Shown: positions 29,279 through 39,268 of the stretch, piece by piece
How positions within the stretch are numbered: position 1 is the first letter of the stretch
How the letters are laid out: each line of letters begins with the position of its first letter
DNA from: Candidatus Spongiisociaceae bacterium
Lineage (GTDB): Bacteria > Actinomycetota > Acidimicrobiia > Spongiisociales > Spongiisociaceae
Length of the DNA stretch: 64,000 bases
Assembly (NCBI GenBank): GCA_965262915.1
Contig: OZ253564.1
Span: 2,112,001 to 2,176,000 of the forward strand
Reading direction: 5' to 3'
The notes under the pieces: model-generated
Databases searched by the model: none
What the model was told of the DNA's origin: nothing
The model's input: the letters and a program-made list of their open reading frames with translations, nothing else
Position numbers and translations under genes: made by a program

Positions 29279-30195
29279 CCGTTCCCGGGTCATTGGACGG
29301 AGCGCGGTTCGACGTAGCGCTTGCCTCTCTGGCCGGGGTGAGCCGGACCAGGGCCCGGAGGTTGATCGAGTCGGGACAGGCCGGCCGGTTACCTCCCACG
29401 GGCAAGCCGGGCGTCCGACCGAACACTCGGGTGACGGCGGGGGATCGGGCCTGGTTCCGTCTGGGAGCCAGGGCCATGCTCCGCCCACTTACGGCCTTTC
29501 TCGACATCCGCTACGAGGATCCCTACCTGGCGGTGGTCAACAAGCCGCCGGGGATGGTGACCCATCCGGGTCCGGGGAATCTCGAAGGGACGCTGGTGTC
29601 GGTCCTCCTCGGCCGTTGGCCCGAGGTGGAGGGCGTCGGGGTGTATCCCCGCTGGGGGATCGTTCACCGCCTCGACAAGGACACCTCAGGGGTTCTGGTG
29701 ATCGCTCGACGGGAAGAGACCCACCGGGCCCTGGCCGCGGCGCTCGCTGCCCGGGAGGTCCGGAGGAACTACCTGACCCTGGTGCACGGCCTCTTCCATG
29801 TCAGTACCGGAACGATCGATGCCCCCATCGACCGCCGCCGGGCTCGACGTTTCGTGGGTCCGGGCGGCAAGCGGGCGGTTACCCACTACCGTCGCCTCGC
29901 GTCGTGGGTCCGGCCTGTGATCAGCCTTCTCGAGGTGACCCTGGAGACCGGCCGTACCCATCAGATCCGGGTCCATCTGGAGTCCATAGGGCGACACCTG
30001 GTGGGCGACCCGGTCTACGGAAAGCCGGCGAGCCCCGGGGTGGACCCCGGCAGGGTCTGGCTGCATTCCCACCGGCTGAGGTTTGCGCATCCGGTCACGC
30101 GAGAGGACCTGGACGTGACCGCGGCCCTCCCCCCGGACCTGCGCGCCGGTCTCGATGCCCTGGGCATCCCGAACTCGGGTACGGTGCCCCGGTAA
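29254..30195 (+). CDS. RluA/RluD-family pseudouridine synthase
   Basis: S4-like N-terminus, VNKPPG, HRLDKDTSG, TGRTHQIRVH. Confidence 0.93.
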   Translation: MGGEAQQVTVPGSLDGARFDVALASLAGVSRTRARRLIESGQAGRLPPTGKPGVRPNTRVTAGDRAWFRLGARAMLRPLTAFLDIRYEDPYLAVVNKPPGMVTHPGPGNLEGTLVSVLLGRWPEVEGVGVYPRWGIVHRLDKDTSGVLVIARREETHRALAAALAAREVRRNYLTLVHGLFHVSTGTIDAPIDRRRARRFVGPGGKRAVTHYRRLASWVRPVISLLEVTLETGRTHQIRVHLESIGRHLVGDPVYGKPASPGVDPGRVWLHSHRLRFAHPVTREDLDVTAALPPDLRAGLDALGIPNSGTVPR

Positions 30196-30334
30196 CTCGC
30201 CACCCGGCCTCCGGAAGAGGCGGCGAGAGGCCCCCGATCACTGGCCATCGGCCCTCTGCACGACTAAGGTCATCGGCGACCGGGTGCCCCTGACCGGTGG
30301 CAAAGATCGGCCAAAGGGCAAGGTTCGGGCAAAC

Positions 30335-33300
30335 ATGCCGGACGACGGTTTCGTTCACCTCCACGTTCACAGCGAGTTCTCGATGCTCGACGGCGCCGCA
30401 CGCATCGGCGACGCGGTCCGGGCCGTGGCAGCCGACGGCCAGACGGCTATCGGGCTGACCGACCACGGGGTCCTGTACGGGGCGGTTGACTTCTACAAGA
30501 CCGCCACCGCGGCCGGTATCAAGCCCGTTCTCGGTGTCGAGGGTTACCTAACCCCCGATTCACGGTTCGACCGACCGGTCCGGTCCGAGAACGTGAGGTA
30601 TCACATCACCCTCCTGGCCGAGAACCAGACGGGCTACCGCAACCTGGTCAAGCTGGTGAGCCGGGCCTACCTGGAGGGCTACTACTACAAACCGCGCATG
30701 GACCTCGAGTTGCTTGCCGAGTACGCGGAGGGGATCATCGCCACCTCGGGGTGCCTGGGCGGTCACGTGCCGCAGCTGCTGGATCCGGACGCCTCGCGGG
30801 AGGAGGGCAACACCGGTGGGGCCCGGGATGTGAGGGCGGCGGTCGCCGCGGCCGCCCTCTACCAGGACATCTTCGGTAAGGACCGCTTCTTCATAGAGCT
30901 GCATGACCACGGGTTGGCTGCCCAGCGGAGGATCCTGCCCGACCTGGTGGACATCTCCCGACGGATCGGGGCGCCGCTGCTGGCCACCAACGACGCCCAC
31001 TACACCCGGCGTGAGGAAGCCGAGGCTCACGATATCCTGCTGTGTATCCAGACCGCCTCGGTAATCGACGAACCGGATCGTCTCAAGTTCGAGGGGTCCG
31101 AGTACTACCTCAAGCCGGCGCGGGAGATGCGGGCTCTCTTCCCCCACGAAGAGTTCCCGGGCGCCTGCGACAACACCTTGTGGATCGCCGAACGAGCCCA
31201 GGTGGAACTCGACTTCGACCGGTTGCTGCTGCCCCACTTCCCGGTTCCCGGCGGCCACACCGCCATTTCTTACCTGCGCCGGCTCGTCATTGAGGGCGCA
31301 CGCGAACGCTACGGCGGGGACACCGGCGGATCGGTGGGGGAGCGTATCGAGCACGAGCTGAGGATCATCGAGGATATGGGATTCCCCGACTATTTCCTGA
31401 TCGTGTGGGATCTGATTCGCTATGCCAAGAAGCGCCGCATCCGGACCGGGCCGGGACGGGGGTCCGCGGCTGGTTCCATTGTTTCCTACTCGTTGGGAAT
31501 CACCGACCTCGATCCGCTGCAATACGGCCTGATCTTTGAACGGTTCCTCAATCCGGGCCGCCGGGAGATGCCCGACATCGACATGGACTTCGACGAGCGG
31601 TACCGGGCGGAGGTGATCCGTTACGCGGCGGATAGATACGGGTCCGACCACGTGGCTCAGATCGTCACTTTCTCCACCATCAAAGGCAAGCAGGCCATTC
31701 GCGACTCGGCACGGGTGCGGGGATTGCCCTACTCCCTGGGAGACCGGCTCGCCAAGCTCATGCCTCCCGCCGTACTGGGGAGGGAGGCATCGCTCGACAT
31801 CTGTTTCGAGACCCCCGCCGAGAACGCCGCCCAGGTCGTGAAGGACTGGCACACCAATGCAGCCGGCTTGCGGGACGCCTACCACACCGAGGAAGAGGTT
31901 CGACCGGTACTGGACTCGGCCCGGGATCTGGAGGGTCTGCGCCGACAGGACTCGATCCACGCCGCCGCCGTGGTCATATCTCCCGAGCCCCTCACCGATC
32001 TGGTGCCTGTTCAGCGAAAAGGCGAGGACGCCGAGGTCGTTACGCAGTTCGAGATGCACGCCATCGAAGAACTGGGTCTGCTGAAGGTGGACATACTCGG
32101 CTTGCGCACCCTGTCCACCATCGAGAGAACCCTCGAACTGGTCGAGAGCAAAACGGGTAGGCGTCTCGACATCGACCAAATCGATCTCGAGGACAGGGCA
32201 ACTTACGAGATGCTCTGCCGGGCGGACACGATCGGTGTCTTCCAGCTCGAGGGAACGGCCATGCGTTCGCTGATCCGGAGCCTCGGGCCGGACCGATTCG
32301 AAGACATGATTGCCCTCGTGGCCCTGTACCGGCCCGGTCCGATGTCCAACGACTGGCACAACGCCTACGCCGATCGTAAGAACCGGCGTCAGGCGGTGGA
32401 CTATCCCCATCCGGCCACCGAAGGGGTGTTGGGCGAAACCTACGGTCTGATGATCTACCAGGAGCAGGTGATGCAGATCGCCCGGGACATCGCCGGCTAC
32501 ACGATGGCCGATGCGGACGCCCTCCGTAAGGCGATGGGCAAGAAGATCACGGCGATCATGAAGAGAGAACGGGAGAAGTTCATCTCGGGTGTGGTGGCCG
32601 GCGGCGAGAGCGCCGGCTTCGGTGGGGAGCTCTTCGACTCGATCGAGGGGTTCGCAGGATACGGATTCAACAAGTCCCACAGTGCGGCGTACGGTCTGCT
32701 GGCCTACCAGACCGCCTACTTGAAGGTTCACTTCCCGGCCGAATTCATGGCCGCCCTCCTCACGTCGGTCCGGAGGGACAAGGACAAGACCGCGATCTAC
32801 CTGAACGAGTGCCGGACGATGGGCATAGAGGTGCTGCCGCCGTCGGTGAACATGTCCGAGAGCGACTTCACCGTCCAGGACGCCAAGATCGTATTCGGGC
32901 TGTCAGCGGTACGTAACGTGGGTTCGGGGATGGTGGACAAGATCACCGAAGCCCGAAAGGGGGGAGGTCGGTTCGCTGATTTCCAGGACTTCGCAGACCG
33001 GGTGGACACCTCGGTTCTGAACAAGCGTATCGTGAGCTCTCTCATCAAGGCCGGGGCCTTCGATCAGCTGGGGCATCCCCGCCAGGGCTTGTTCCTGGCC
33101 TACGAGCTGCTAATCGAGCGGACCATCGGGCGCAGGCGTCAGGAGGACCGGGGACAGTTCAGCCTGTTCGGCGAGGACATAGGCATACCCGACTTCGATC
33201 CGGTGGAGATCCCGGACCAGGAATGGCCGAAGAAGCTCCTGCTGTCGTTCGAGAAGGAGATGCTGGGGATGTACGTGTCCGACCATCCTCTACTCGGTCT

Positions 33301-33844
33301 CGACGGGGTGGTGCAGCGGCTCACGACTAGCACGATCTCGGGCTTGAGGGACTATCCCGACGGGTCCGAGGTCACCATCGCCGGGATCGTCAGCGGGATA
33401 ACCCGGAGGTTCACCAAGGGCGGGGATCCGATGGCGTTCTTCAACCTCGAGGATCTGGAGAGCTCGGTGGAGGTGCTGGCCTTCCCCAAGACGATGGCGC
33501 AATCGGGTGCTCTGATACAGGATGATGCGATCCTGGTGGTGAAGGGTCGGTTGAACAATTCGGGTGATGATCTGAAGGTGCGCTCGTTCATGATCGTCGA
33601 ACCGGATCTGACCCCCCGGTCGGAACTACGGCTGACCGTACCTGCCGGGGTCCTGTCGAGGGACACGGTGGGGAAACTCAAGGAGATACTCATCAACCAT
33701 CCGGGCTCCGCACCGGTATTCGTGGAGATGACCTCCGACGGCCGTTTCAAGATACTGCGACTCGACGACCAGTTCCGGGTCGATCGGACCTCGGCCCTGC
33801 TGGCCGAGATCCGGAATCTGCTGGGCGCCACAGCCGTAGCCTGA
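30335..33844 (+). CDS. dnaE: DNA polymerase III alpha subunit
   Basis: HLHVHSEFSMLDG PHP domain, GRGSAAGS, PDIDMDF, YGFNKSH, OB fold. Confidence 0.97.
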   Translation: MPDDGFVHLHVHSEFSMLDGAARIGDAVRAVAADGQTAIGLTDHGVLYGAVDFYKTATAAGIKPVLGVEGYLTPDSRFDRPVRSENVRYHITLLAENQTGYRNLVKLVSRAYLEGYYYKPRMDLELLAEYAEGIIATSGCLGGHVPQLLDPDASREEGNTGGARDVRAAVAAAALYQDIFGKDRFFIELHDHGLAAQRRILPDLVDISRRIGAPLLATNDAHYTRREEAEAHDILLCIQTASVIDEPDRLKFEGSEYYLKPAREMRALFPHEEFPGACDNTLWIAERAQVELDFDRLLLPHFPVPGGHTAISYLRRLVIEGARERYGGDTGGSVGERIEHELRIIEDMGFPDYFLIVWDLIRYAKKRRIRTGPGRGSAAGSIVSYSLGITDLDPLQYGLIFERFLNPGRREMPDIDMDFDERYRAEVIRYAADRYGSDHVAQIVTFSTIKGKQAIRDSARVRGLPYSLGDRLAKLMPPAVLGREASLDICFETPAENAAQVVKDWHTNAAGLRDAYHTEEEVRPVLDSARDLEGLRRQDSIHAAAVVISPEPLTDLVPVQRKGEDAEVVTQFEMHAIEELGLLKVDILGLRTLSTIERTLELVESKTGRRLDIDQIDLEDRATYEMLCRADTIGVFQLEGTAMRSLIRSLGPDRFEDMIALVALYRPGPMSNDWHNAYADRKNRRQAVDYPHPATEGVLGETYGLMIYQEQVMQIARDIAGYTMADADALRKAMGKKITAIMKREREKFISGVVAGGESAGFGGELFDSIEGFAGYGFNKSHSAAYGLLAYQTAYLKVHFPAEFMAALLTSVRRDKDKTAIYLNECRTMGIEVLPPSVNMSESDFTVQDAKIVFGLSAVRNVGSGMVDKITEARKGGGRFADFQDFADRVDTSVLNKRIVSSLIKAGAFDQLGHPRQGLFLAYELLIERTIGRRRQEDRGQFSLFGEDIGIPDFDPVEIPDQEWPKKLLLSFEKEMLGMYVSDHPLLGLDGVVQRLTTSTISGLRDYPDGSEVTIAGIVSGITRRFTKGGDPMAFFNLEDLESSVEVLAFPKTMAQSGALIQDDAILVVKGRLNNSGDDLKVRSFMIVEPDLTPRSELRLTVPAGVLSRDTVGKLKEILINHPGSAPVFVEMTSDGRFKILRLDDQFRVDRTSALLAEIRNLLGATAVA

Positions 33845-33891
33845 ACCGTCCGCCTGTCGGGCTCATCGGCCATCGGGGCTGCTCGCCAGGC

Positions 33892-35031
33892 TTACCCCAG
33901 GCAGGCGGTGACCACTGCATCCCACGAGGGCGACCGGGGGTCGATGAGGTCGAAGTGGTCGGCCTCGGGGAGTTCTACCAGGCGGGCATCGTCACCGGAC
34001 GCGAGAGCTGCTTCGATGAACCGGCGGCTCTGGTCCGGGAGCACGTCATCGTCCCGGTGGCCATGTACCGCCACGATCGGTGCGCCGCACGGGAGCGCCC
34101 GGATCGGGTCCACCCGGTCGAGGCTCGTTTCTGGTTCGTCGCCCAGGAATCCGGCCAGAAGGTCCTCGAAGCCGGACCCGAGCCGGCGGAGGTCGAGCAT
34201 CCCACCAAGGGATACGAGACGGACCGGACGCCTCCGGGCGGCCTTGGTGGCGAAGAAACCGAGGTGACCCCCGGCCGAGTGGCCGACCACGGTCACGTCT
34301 GACGGTTCGATCGGGTAGTTGCCGGCTATCGAATCGAGGGCGTCCACGCCGGCGACGACGTCGGCGATCGTCTTACGCCAGCCGCCGACCGGGGGGATGC
34401 GCCGGTACTCGATACTCCAGGTGGCCAAACCTCGGGCGGCGAGGTCCACCGCAGCGCCGTCCATGGTGTCACGGGTGAAGTAGTCGAGCCAGCCGCCCCC
34501 ATGGATCAGCACGGCCACCGGATGAGGACCCGTCCCGTCGGGGAGCCGGAGGTCCCCAACCTGATCGGGATGCGTCCCGTAGCCGAGCGTCACCGGCGGA
34601 TGTTCGGCCCGGTAGTGAAGGTGGGCGATGGCCGACAGGTAACCTTGGACGCCGCGCCCGAAGATCTGGTAGGCGCAGGCCGGTTCGATCCGCGAGATCC
34701 GCCGCCACGCTTCCCTGCGGCGCACGTTGGAGATGTGGATCTCGACAGTCGGAAGGCCCACGGCTTCGATGGCGTCAGCTAGCGCGTAGCTGGTGTGGGT
34801 GTACGCGCCCGGGTTGAACACGATCGCGTCGGCCGTCTTCCGGGCGGCGTGGATAGCGTCGATGAGGGCGCCCTCGTGATTCGACTGGAAGGCTTCCAAC
34901 CGGTGGCCGTACTCGGCTGCCCCGGCCCGGCACAGTTCCTCCACCTCCGCGAGGGTGGTGGCCCCGTACACCTCGGGTGCTCGGGTTCCGAGCAGGTTGA
35001 GATTGGGCCCGTTGAGAAGCAGGATCCGCAT
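33892..35031 (-). CDS. aroQ: Type II 3-dehydroquinate dehydratase fused to an alpha/beta hydrolase
   Basis: NGPNLNLLG..YG, QSNHEG, NPGAYTHTS, EIHISN; then HGGGW, GHSAG, D..V and DHF in the same ORF. Confidence 0.88.
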   Translation of the reverse strand: MRILLLNGPNLNLLGTRAPEVYGATTLAEVEELCRAGAAEYGHRLEAFQSNHEGALIDAIHAARKTADAIVFNPGAYTHTSYALADAIEAVGLPTVEIHISNVRRREAWRRISRIEPACAYQIFGRGVQGYLSAIAHLHYRAEHPPVTLGYGTHPDQVGDLRLPDGTGPHPVAVLIHGGGWLDYFTRDTMDGAAVDLAARGLATWSIEYRRIPPVGGWRKTIADVVAGVDALDSIAGNYPIEPSDVTVVGHSAGGHLGFFATKAARRRPVRLVSLGGMLDLRRLGSGFEDLLAGFLGDEPETSLDRVDPIRALPCGAPIVAVHGHRDDDVLPDQSRRFIEAALASGDDARLVELPEADHFDLIDPRSPSWDAVVTACLG

Positions 35032-35043
35032 GATCGGCCAGCG

Positions 35044-35092
35044 TAGTCTGTAGTCTCTAGTCTGTAGTTTCCTGTCTGTAGCTTCCAGACTC
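35044..35092. repeat. Degenerate heptamer array (TAGTCTG-like, about 7 units)
   Basis: TAGTCTG TAGTCTC TAGTCTG TAGTTTC CTGTCTG TAGCTTC CAGACTC. Confidence 0.75.
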
Positions 35093-35242
35093 TATTTTTA
35101 TTACTCGTTAGTAAATGTTAACCACCGACCACCGACACATTTGTCGATTTAGCCAGTTGAATATCGAGATTACTGTTGTTCTATAGCCTGTAGTATCTGT
35201 GTTCGTGCATAGTGGGACGATAGCGGCTGGGGAACCGAAAGC

Positions 35243-35431
35243 ATGACGGCGATTACGGAATCCTTGGTGGATGCCAAGGATGACAAGGTGAAGGCACAAC
35301 TGGAGACAGAGGTCGCGAAAGCGGTTGGCAACCTTCAGCGGTCGATGTACCAGACCGCGTTCTGGGTAGCCGGTACCGTTGTGGCGGCTCTCGGGATAGC
35401 CGTTTCCATCCTGTTATCGCAACTCTCGTAG
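35243..35431 (+). CDS. Small coiled-coil plus C-terminal TM protein (DUF1640/CCDC90-like, possibly truncated)
   Basis: KAQLETEVAK..LQR then hydrophobic WVAGTVVAALGIAVSILL. Confidence 0.5.
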   Translation: MTAITESLVDAKDDKVKAQLETEVAKAVGNLQRSMYQTAFWVAGTVVAALGIAVSILLSQLS

Positions 35432-35518
35432 GTTCGCCGCTGGCCCGGCGGTCGATGACAGAAGATGCCTGGTCAGCGGACCGCGGGCCAACCGATCACA
35501 CCGTTTTCCAGCACCCTC

Positions 35519-36343
35519 CTAGTCCAGTTCGTACCACTCCACGGCTTCCGGAGTCAGGAAGTCGCGTATCCCGTTGACTATCCATCGGTGTCCGGTGTCG
35601 AGGAAGGCGAACACGCCGTCGACGCCCGCGCCCAACGGTGTCCCACGGGCGAACATGGTCAGGATCAGGAAGTCGGCGCCGCCCTCGGACCGGGCGGTTT
35701 CCAGCCGCCCGTACAAACGTCCCACGCGCCGGCCGTCGGCGTCCGGAATCACGTACTGGGTGATGATCCGCATCGCCTCGAGGTCCGGGAGGTACGCGCC
35801 CCGGCGCCCGGAGAAGATGCGTGCTACGCGGTCCAAGCCGCCAGGATCGTCCCAGAGGCCCCCTGACTGGAACTGGAACCGGTAGCTGATCTCGCACTGG
35901 AGGGGCTTGAACTCACCGAGATCGGTGTCTTGCGCGAACTCGATCAAGCTGGTGAGGGACTCGGTGAAGTCGGAGCGCACCGAGCCATAGCCCGGGTAGG
36001 GGGGAGGTGTTCCGTTGGCGGTGGCCCGGCCGGTCGCTCGCCAGTTCCGGGCGAACCAGTTGCGTTGGACCTGTATCAACCCGCTTCCGTCTTCGTTGCT
36101 GAACCATCTGCGGATGTTGGTTATGGGGCTGGCAGACGGCAGGGCCGCCAGGCTTCCGTCGGGTTCTTCGATGAACGGCTTGTGAGGAGCTTTCTCCTCG
36201 TCGGTGGGGAACTGCTCGACGTAGCACAGGTCCCGCAGGTCGTCGAGTTCGTACCGCAGCATGCGGTGGAACTCCTCGAAGCCCACACTCAGGGCTACTT
36301 CGACCAGCCCGCCGGTGGACGATGTCTTGAAGTCTTCAGGCAC
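35519..36343 (-). CDS. TIGR04255-like protein
   Basis: LVEVALSVGF, RWF..DG..LIQVQ..F..NWR, YPGY pattern recalled for this family; start approximate. Confidence 0.65.
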   Translation of the reverse strand: MPEDFKTSSTGGLVEVALSVGFEEFHRMLRYELDDLRDLCYVEQFPTDEEKAPHKPFIEEPDGSLAALPSASPITNIRRWFSNEDGSGLIQVQRNWFARNWRATGRATANGTPPPYPGYGSVRSDFTESLTSLIEFAQDTDLGEFKPLQCEISYRFQFQSGGLWDDPGGLDRVARIFSGRRGAYLPDLEAMRIITQYVIPDADGRRVGRLYGRLETARSEGGADFLILTMFARGTPLGAGVDGVFAFLDTGHRWIVNGIRDFLTPEAVEWYELD

Positions 36344-36599
36344 GCGCGCTCCCACCGTGTTGCTACAGGATGATCGCAAAGGATACCAACATAGGCGATG
36401 GGCGAATCTCCGGCGGCGTCTCCGGTTGATTTTGGATGCCGGTGTCACCAGAACCGGTCGCGAGAATCGGCGTCCCACCTGGCGCGGTTAGGCTGGCCAG
36501 GTGTCCGGGGGCCCGGTAAGAGTTGGGTCGATGCATCCTTGCACCCGTTGAGGCCCGGACGATGATGGACTCACAGCAGGACACGTAAGGAGGCCGAGC

Positions 36600-37367
36600 A
36601 TGGGCGTATCCGGCCGCGTGGCGGTCATCACGGGGGCGGCGTCGGGTCAGGGCCGGGCTACGGCCCTGCGGTTGGCCGGAGAAGGCGCCCTGGTGGGTGC
36701 GCTGGACATCGATTCCGCGGGACTCGACAGTCTGGTCGAGGAGATATCCGCGATGGGAAGGCGGTGCCGCGGTCTCCCCGTTGATGTGTCCGACGCGGGA
36801 TCGGTAAAGTCGGCTTTCGAGGAGATCGAGGGCGATTTGGGCCGCGCCTACGTTCTGGCCGCAGCCGCGGCGATCTATCCACAGGCGGCTCTGTCCCACC
36901 AGCGGGATCCGGAAGAGACCGCCCGGGTCTTCGACGTGAACCTCGTGGGGGTGATCCACTGCACGAGTGCTGCCACAGCGCAGATGATCGAGGAAGGCCG
37001 CGGGGGGCGGATCATCCTGTGGTCGTCGATCGGGGCAGGCGCCGCCATAGCGGGCCATGCCGCGTACTGCGCGGGGAAGGCGGCCATCGAAGGACTGGGC
37101 CGGGCGCTGGGTGCCGAACTCGGACCCTACGGCATCACCGTCAACACCATCGCCCCCGGCGCCATCGACACCCCGATGATCGCCGACATACCGCCCGACC
37201 CGGCCTACTTCGAGATCCTGCCCGTCGGCCGGGCGGGGCGGCCCGACGAGGTGGCCCACCTGGTGAGCTACCTGTGCTCGGACGCGTCCGGATTCATGAC
37301 CGGCGCAGTGCTGGCCCTCGACGGGGGCTTGAGCGGTATCAACGGGGCGGTTCGACCGGAAGTGTGA
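36600..37367 (+). CDS. SDR-family oxidoreductase
   Basis: TGAASGQG, YCAGK, VNTIAPG, DGG. Confidence 0.93.
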   Translation: MGVSGRVAVITGAASGQGRATALRLAGEGALVGALDIDSAGLDSLVEEISAMGRRCRGLPVDVSDAGSVKSAFEEIEGDLGRAYVLAAAAAIYPQAALSHQRDPEETARVFDVNLVGVIHCTSAATAQMIEEGRGGRIILWSSIGAGAAIAGHAAYCAGKAAIEGLGRALGAELGPYGITVNTIAPGAIDTPMIADIPPDPAYFEILPVGRAGRPDEVAHLVSYLCSDASGFMTGAVLALDGGLSGINGAVRPEV

Positions 37368-37425
37368 AGGCCGGTGTCCGGCATAGGGTTAGAAACGACG
37401 CCCCATCCAGAACGGAGGTGAACGC

Positions 37426-38445
37426 ATGAAGAACGCGGTTACGGTCACGGGCCTCATCCCCGCGGACCAGATCGGTAGGACGCTTCCCCACGAACACCTC
37501 TTCGCGACCATGACCTATGCGTATCCGGCGAGCAGCGAGGAGGCATACCGGCCCATCACCATCGACCGGCTGGGCGAGATCCGCTCCGACCTCATGACCA
37601 ACGTCAACAACATCCACCTCGACAGCAGTTGCGGCCAGGCGCTGGAACTCAAGAAGGCCGCCGACGCCGGCATCGACACGATTGTCGAGCTGACCACCGG
37701 GCCTATCGGGAGGAACCCCGAGAGGATGGTCGAGGTGTCCGAGTTCACGGGTGTCAACGTAATTTCGGGAACGGGCCAGTACCTGGCTCACCACCAGCGT
37801 CCGTGGGCCCTCGAGGCGTCCAGGGAGCAGCTGGCCGAGGTCATGATCCGCGAGCTGACGGAAGGGATCGGCGACACCGGGATCCGAACCGGTGTGATCG
37901 GGGAGATCGGGCTCTTCGAGCCGGTTCGTCCCGAGGAGCTGAAAGTTCTTGAAGCGGCCGTCCTCGCCCAGCACGCTACGGGCGCTCCTCTGTGGGTGCA
38001 CCTCATGAACGTACCGGTGGCGGCCGATGCCCTGGCGGTGTTCGACGAGTACGAGCCGATCTGGGAACGCACTGCCTTCTGCCACATGGACTTCGACATC
38101 CGCGACCTCACCTGGCACGAACGGGCGATGGAGCGGGGCATCAGTGTGGAGTTCGACTTCTTCGGCTCCGTATGGCTACCCATCGACCACTACATCCACT
38201 GCCCGACCGACCCGCAACGGTTGGCGGTTCTGGCCGACTGGTCTGAGAGAGGCTATGCCGACCGGGTACTCATCAGCCACGACGTCTGCAGCCGGGTGCA
38301 GTTCACCTCGCATGGCGGTTACGGGTATGCCTACATCCCGACGATCGTTCCCCGACTCATGGATCAGATGGGCATCGACAAGGAACTCCTGGACCGCTGG
38401 ATGATCGACACCCCCCGCCGTCTCCTGGCCTGGGCGGACTCGTAG
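37426..38445 (+). CDS. Phosphotriesterase-related (PHP-type) amidohydrolase
   Basis: TLPHEHL, GVIGEIG (Glu bridging type), WVH, FCH, ISHD. Confidence 0.9.
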   Translation: MKNAVTVTGLIPADQIGRTLPHEHLFATMTYAYPASSEEAYRPITIDRLGEIRSDLMTNVNNIHLDSSCGQALELKKAADAGIDTIVELTTGPIGRNPERMVEVSEFTGVNVISGTGQYLAHHQRPWALEASREQLAEVMIRELTEGIGDTGIRTGVIGEIGLFEPVRPEELKVLEAAVLAQHATGAPLWVHLMNVPVAADALAVFDEYEPIWERTAFCHMDFDIRDLTWHERAMERGISVEFDFFGSVWLPIDHYIHCPTDPQRLAVLADWSERGYADRVLISHDVCSRVQFTSHGGYGYAYIPTIVPRLMDQMGIDKELLDRWMIDTPRRLLAWADS

Positions 38446-38517
38446 CCGTGCCATCGTCTGTCCACGCCGATGTCATAGGATGTGGACTATCACCAGAGAC
38501 CTAGGAGGCTTTCCGGC

Positions 38518-38808
38518 ATGTTCAAGCGGGTAGTTCATCCCGGTGAGATCCTCGCGGACGAACTGGCGGAGATGGGTATGACGCCTACGGAGTTCGCTCG
38601 TCAGATCGAAGTACCGCCGAACCGCATCAGCCAGATCATTGCCGGTAGGCGTTCCGTCACGGCCGACACTGCGCTACGGTTCGGACACTGGTTCGGGGTC
38701 GAGCCGCGGTTCTGGCTCAACCTACAGGCGCGGTACGCCCTGGTGATCGCCGATCAACGCGTCGGCGGCATGGTGCGCGCGTTACCGACGGCTGCTCAGA
38801 GTGCGTGA
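38518..38808 (+). CDS. higA: HigA/VapI family antitoxin (orphan)
   Basis: HPGEIL, HTH, TADTALRF, FWLNLQARY. Confidence 0.9.
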   Translation: MFKRVVHPGEILADELAEMGMTPTEFARQIEVPPNRISQIIAGRRSVTADTALRFGHWFGVEPRFWLNLQARYALVIADQRVGGMVRALPTAAQSA

Positions 38809-39136
38809 TGTCGCGAGGAACAGGGAAGACTGGCTCGATGAGATAGTCGTCGAGCAGCGATACAGATGGACCAGGCCCACTCCGACCCTGCTCGAAGGCT
38901 TGCTCCGGCAGGATCTTCCCTGCCGGATAAGACAATCCTACGCAGGCAACCACCCCGTTCTCCATGTAGCGATCGGGACCAACGGTACCCACAACTACTG
39001 GCAATGGGCCACTCTGGATCGGGAGACTTCCGAGCCATTGTCGAAAGAGGAAGCCATAGCCGGTCTCCGGAAAATCATCGAGCTGACAATGATCACGTCC
39101 AGAAGCAGCGTCGTTCCCAAGCTGATGAGCGCATGA
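38801..39136 (+). CDS. Hypothetical protein, possibly 5'-truncated, coupled to the downstream HATPase gene
   Basis: ORF whose stop overlaps the next start (ATGA, 39133-39136); no family securely recognised. Confidence 0.4.
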   Translation: MRDVARNREDWLDEIVVEQRYRWTRPTPTLLEGLLRQDLPCRIRQSYAGNHPVLHVAIGTNGTHNYWQWATLDRETSEPLSKEEAIAGLRKIIELTMITSRSSVVPKLMSA

Positions 39137-39268
39137 CGCTGGTGGATACCATCCCGATAACGTCCCCGAGGGATGTAGCCCGCCGGGCTGTCGCAACAGT
39201 TTCCGCCCCCCACAACGATCTGAAAGCTTTGGAGACCGTTATATGGCTCATCGATGCTCCTATGGTTG

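Noticed and set aside
30560-32731. 723-aa antisense ORF
   Set aside because: Shadow of dnaE caused by high-GC codon bias; no motifs.
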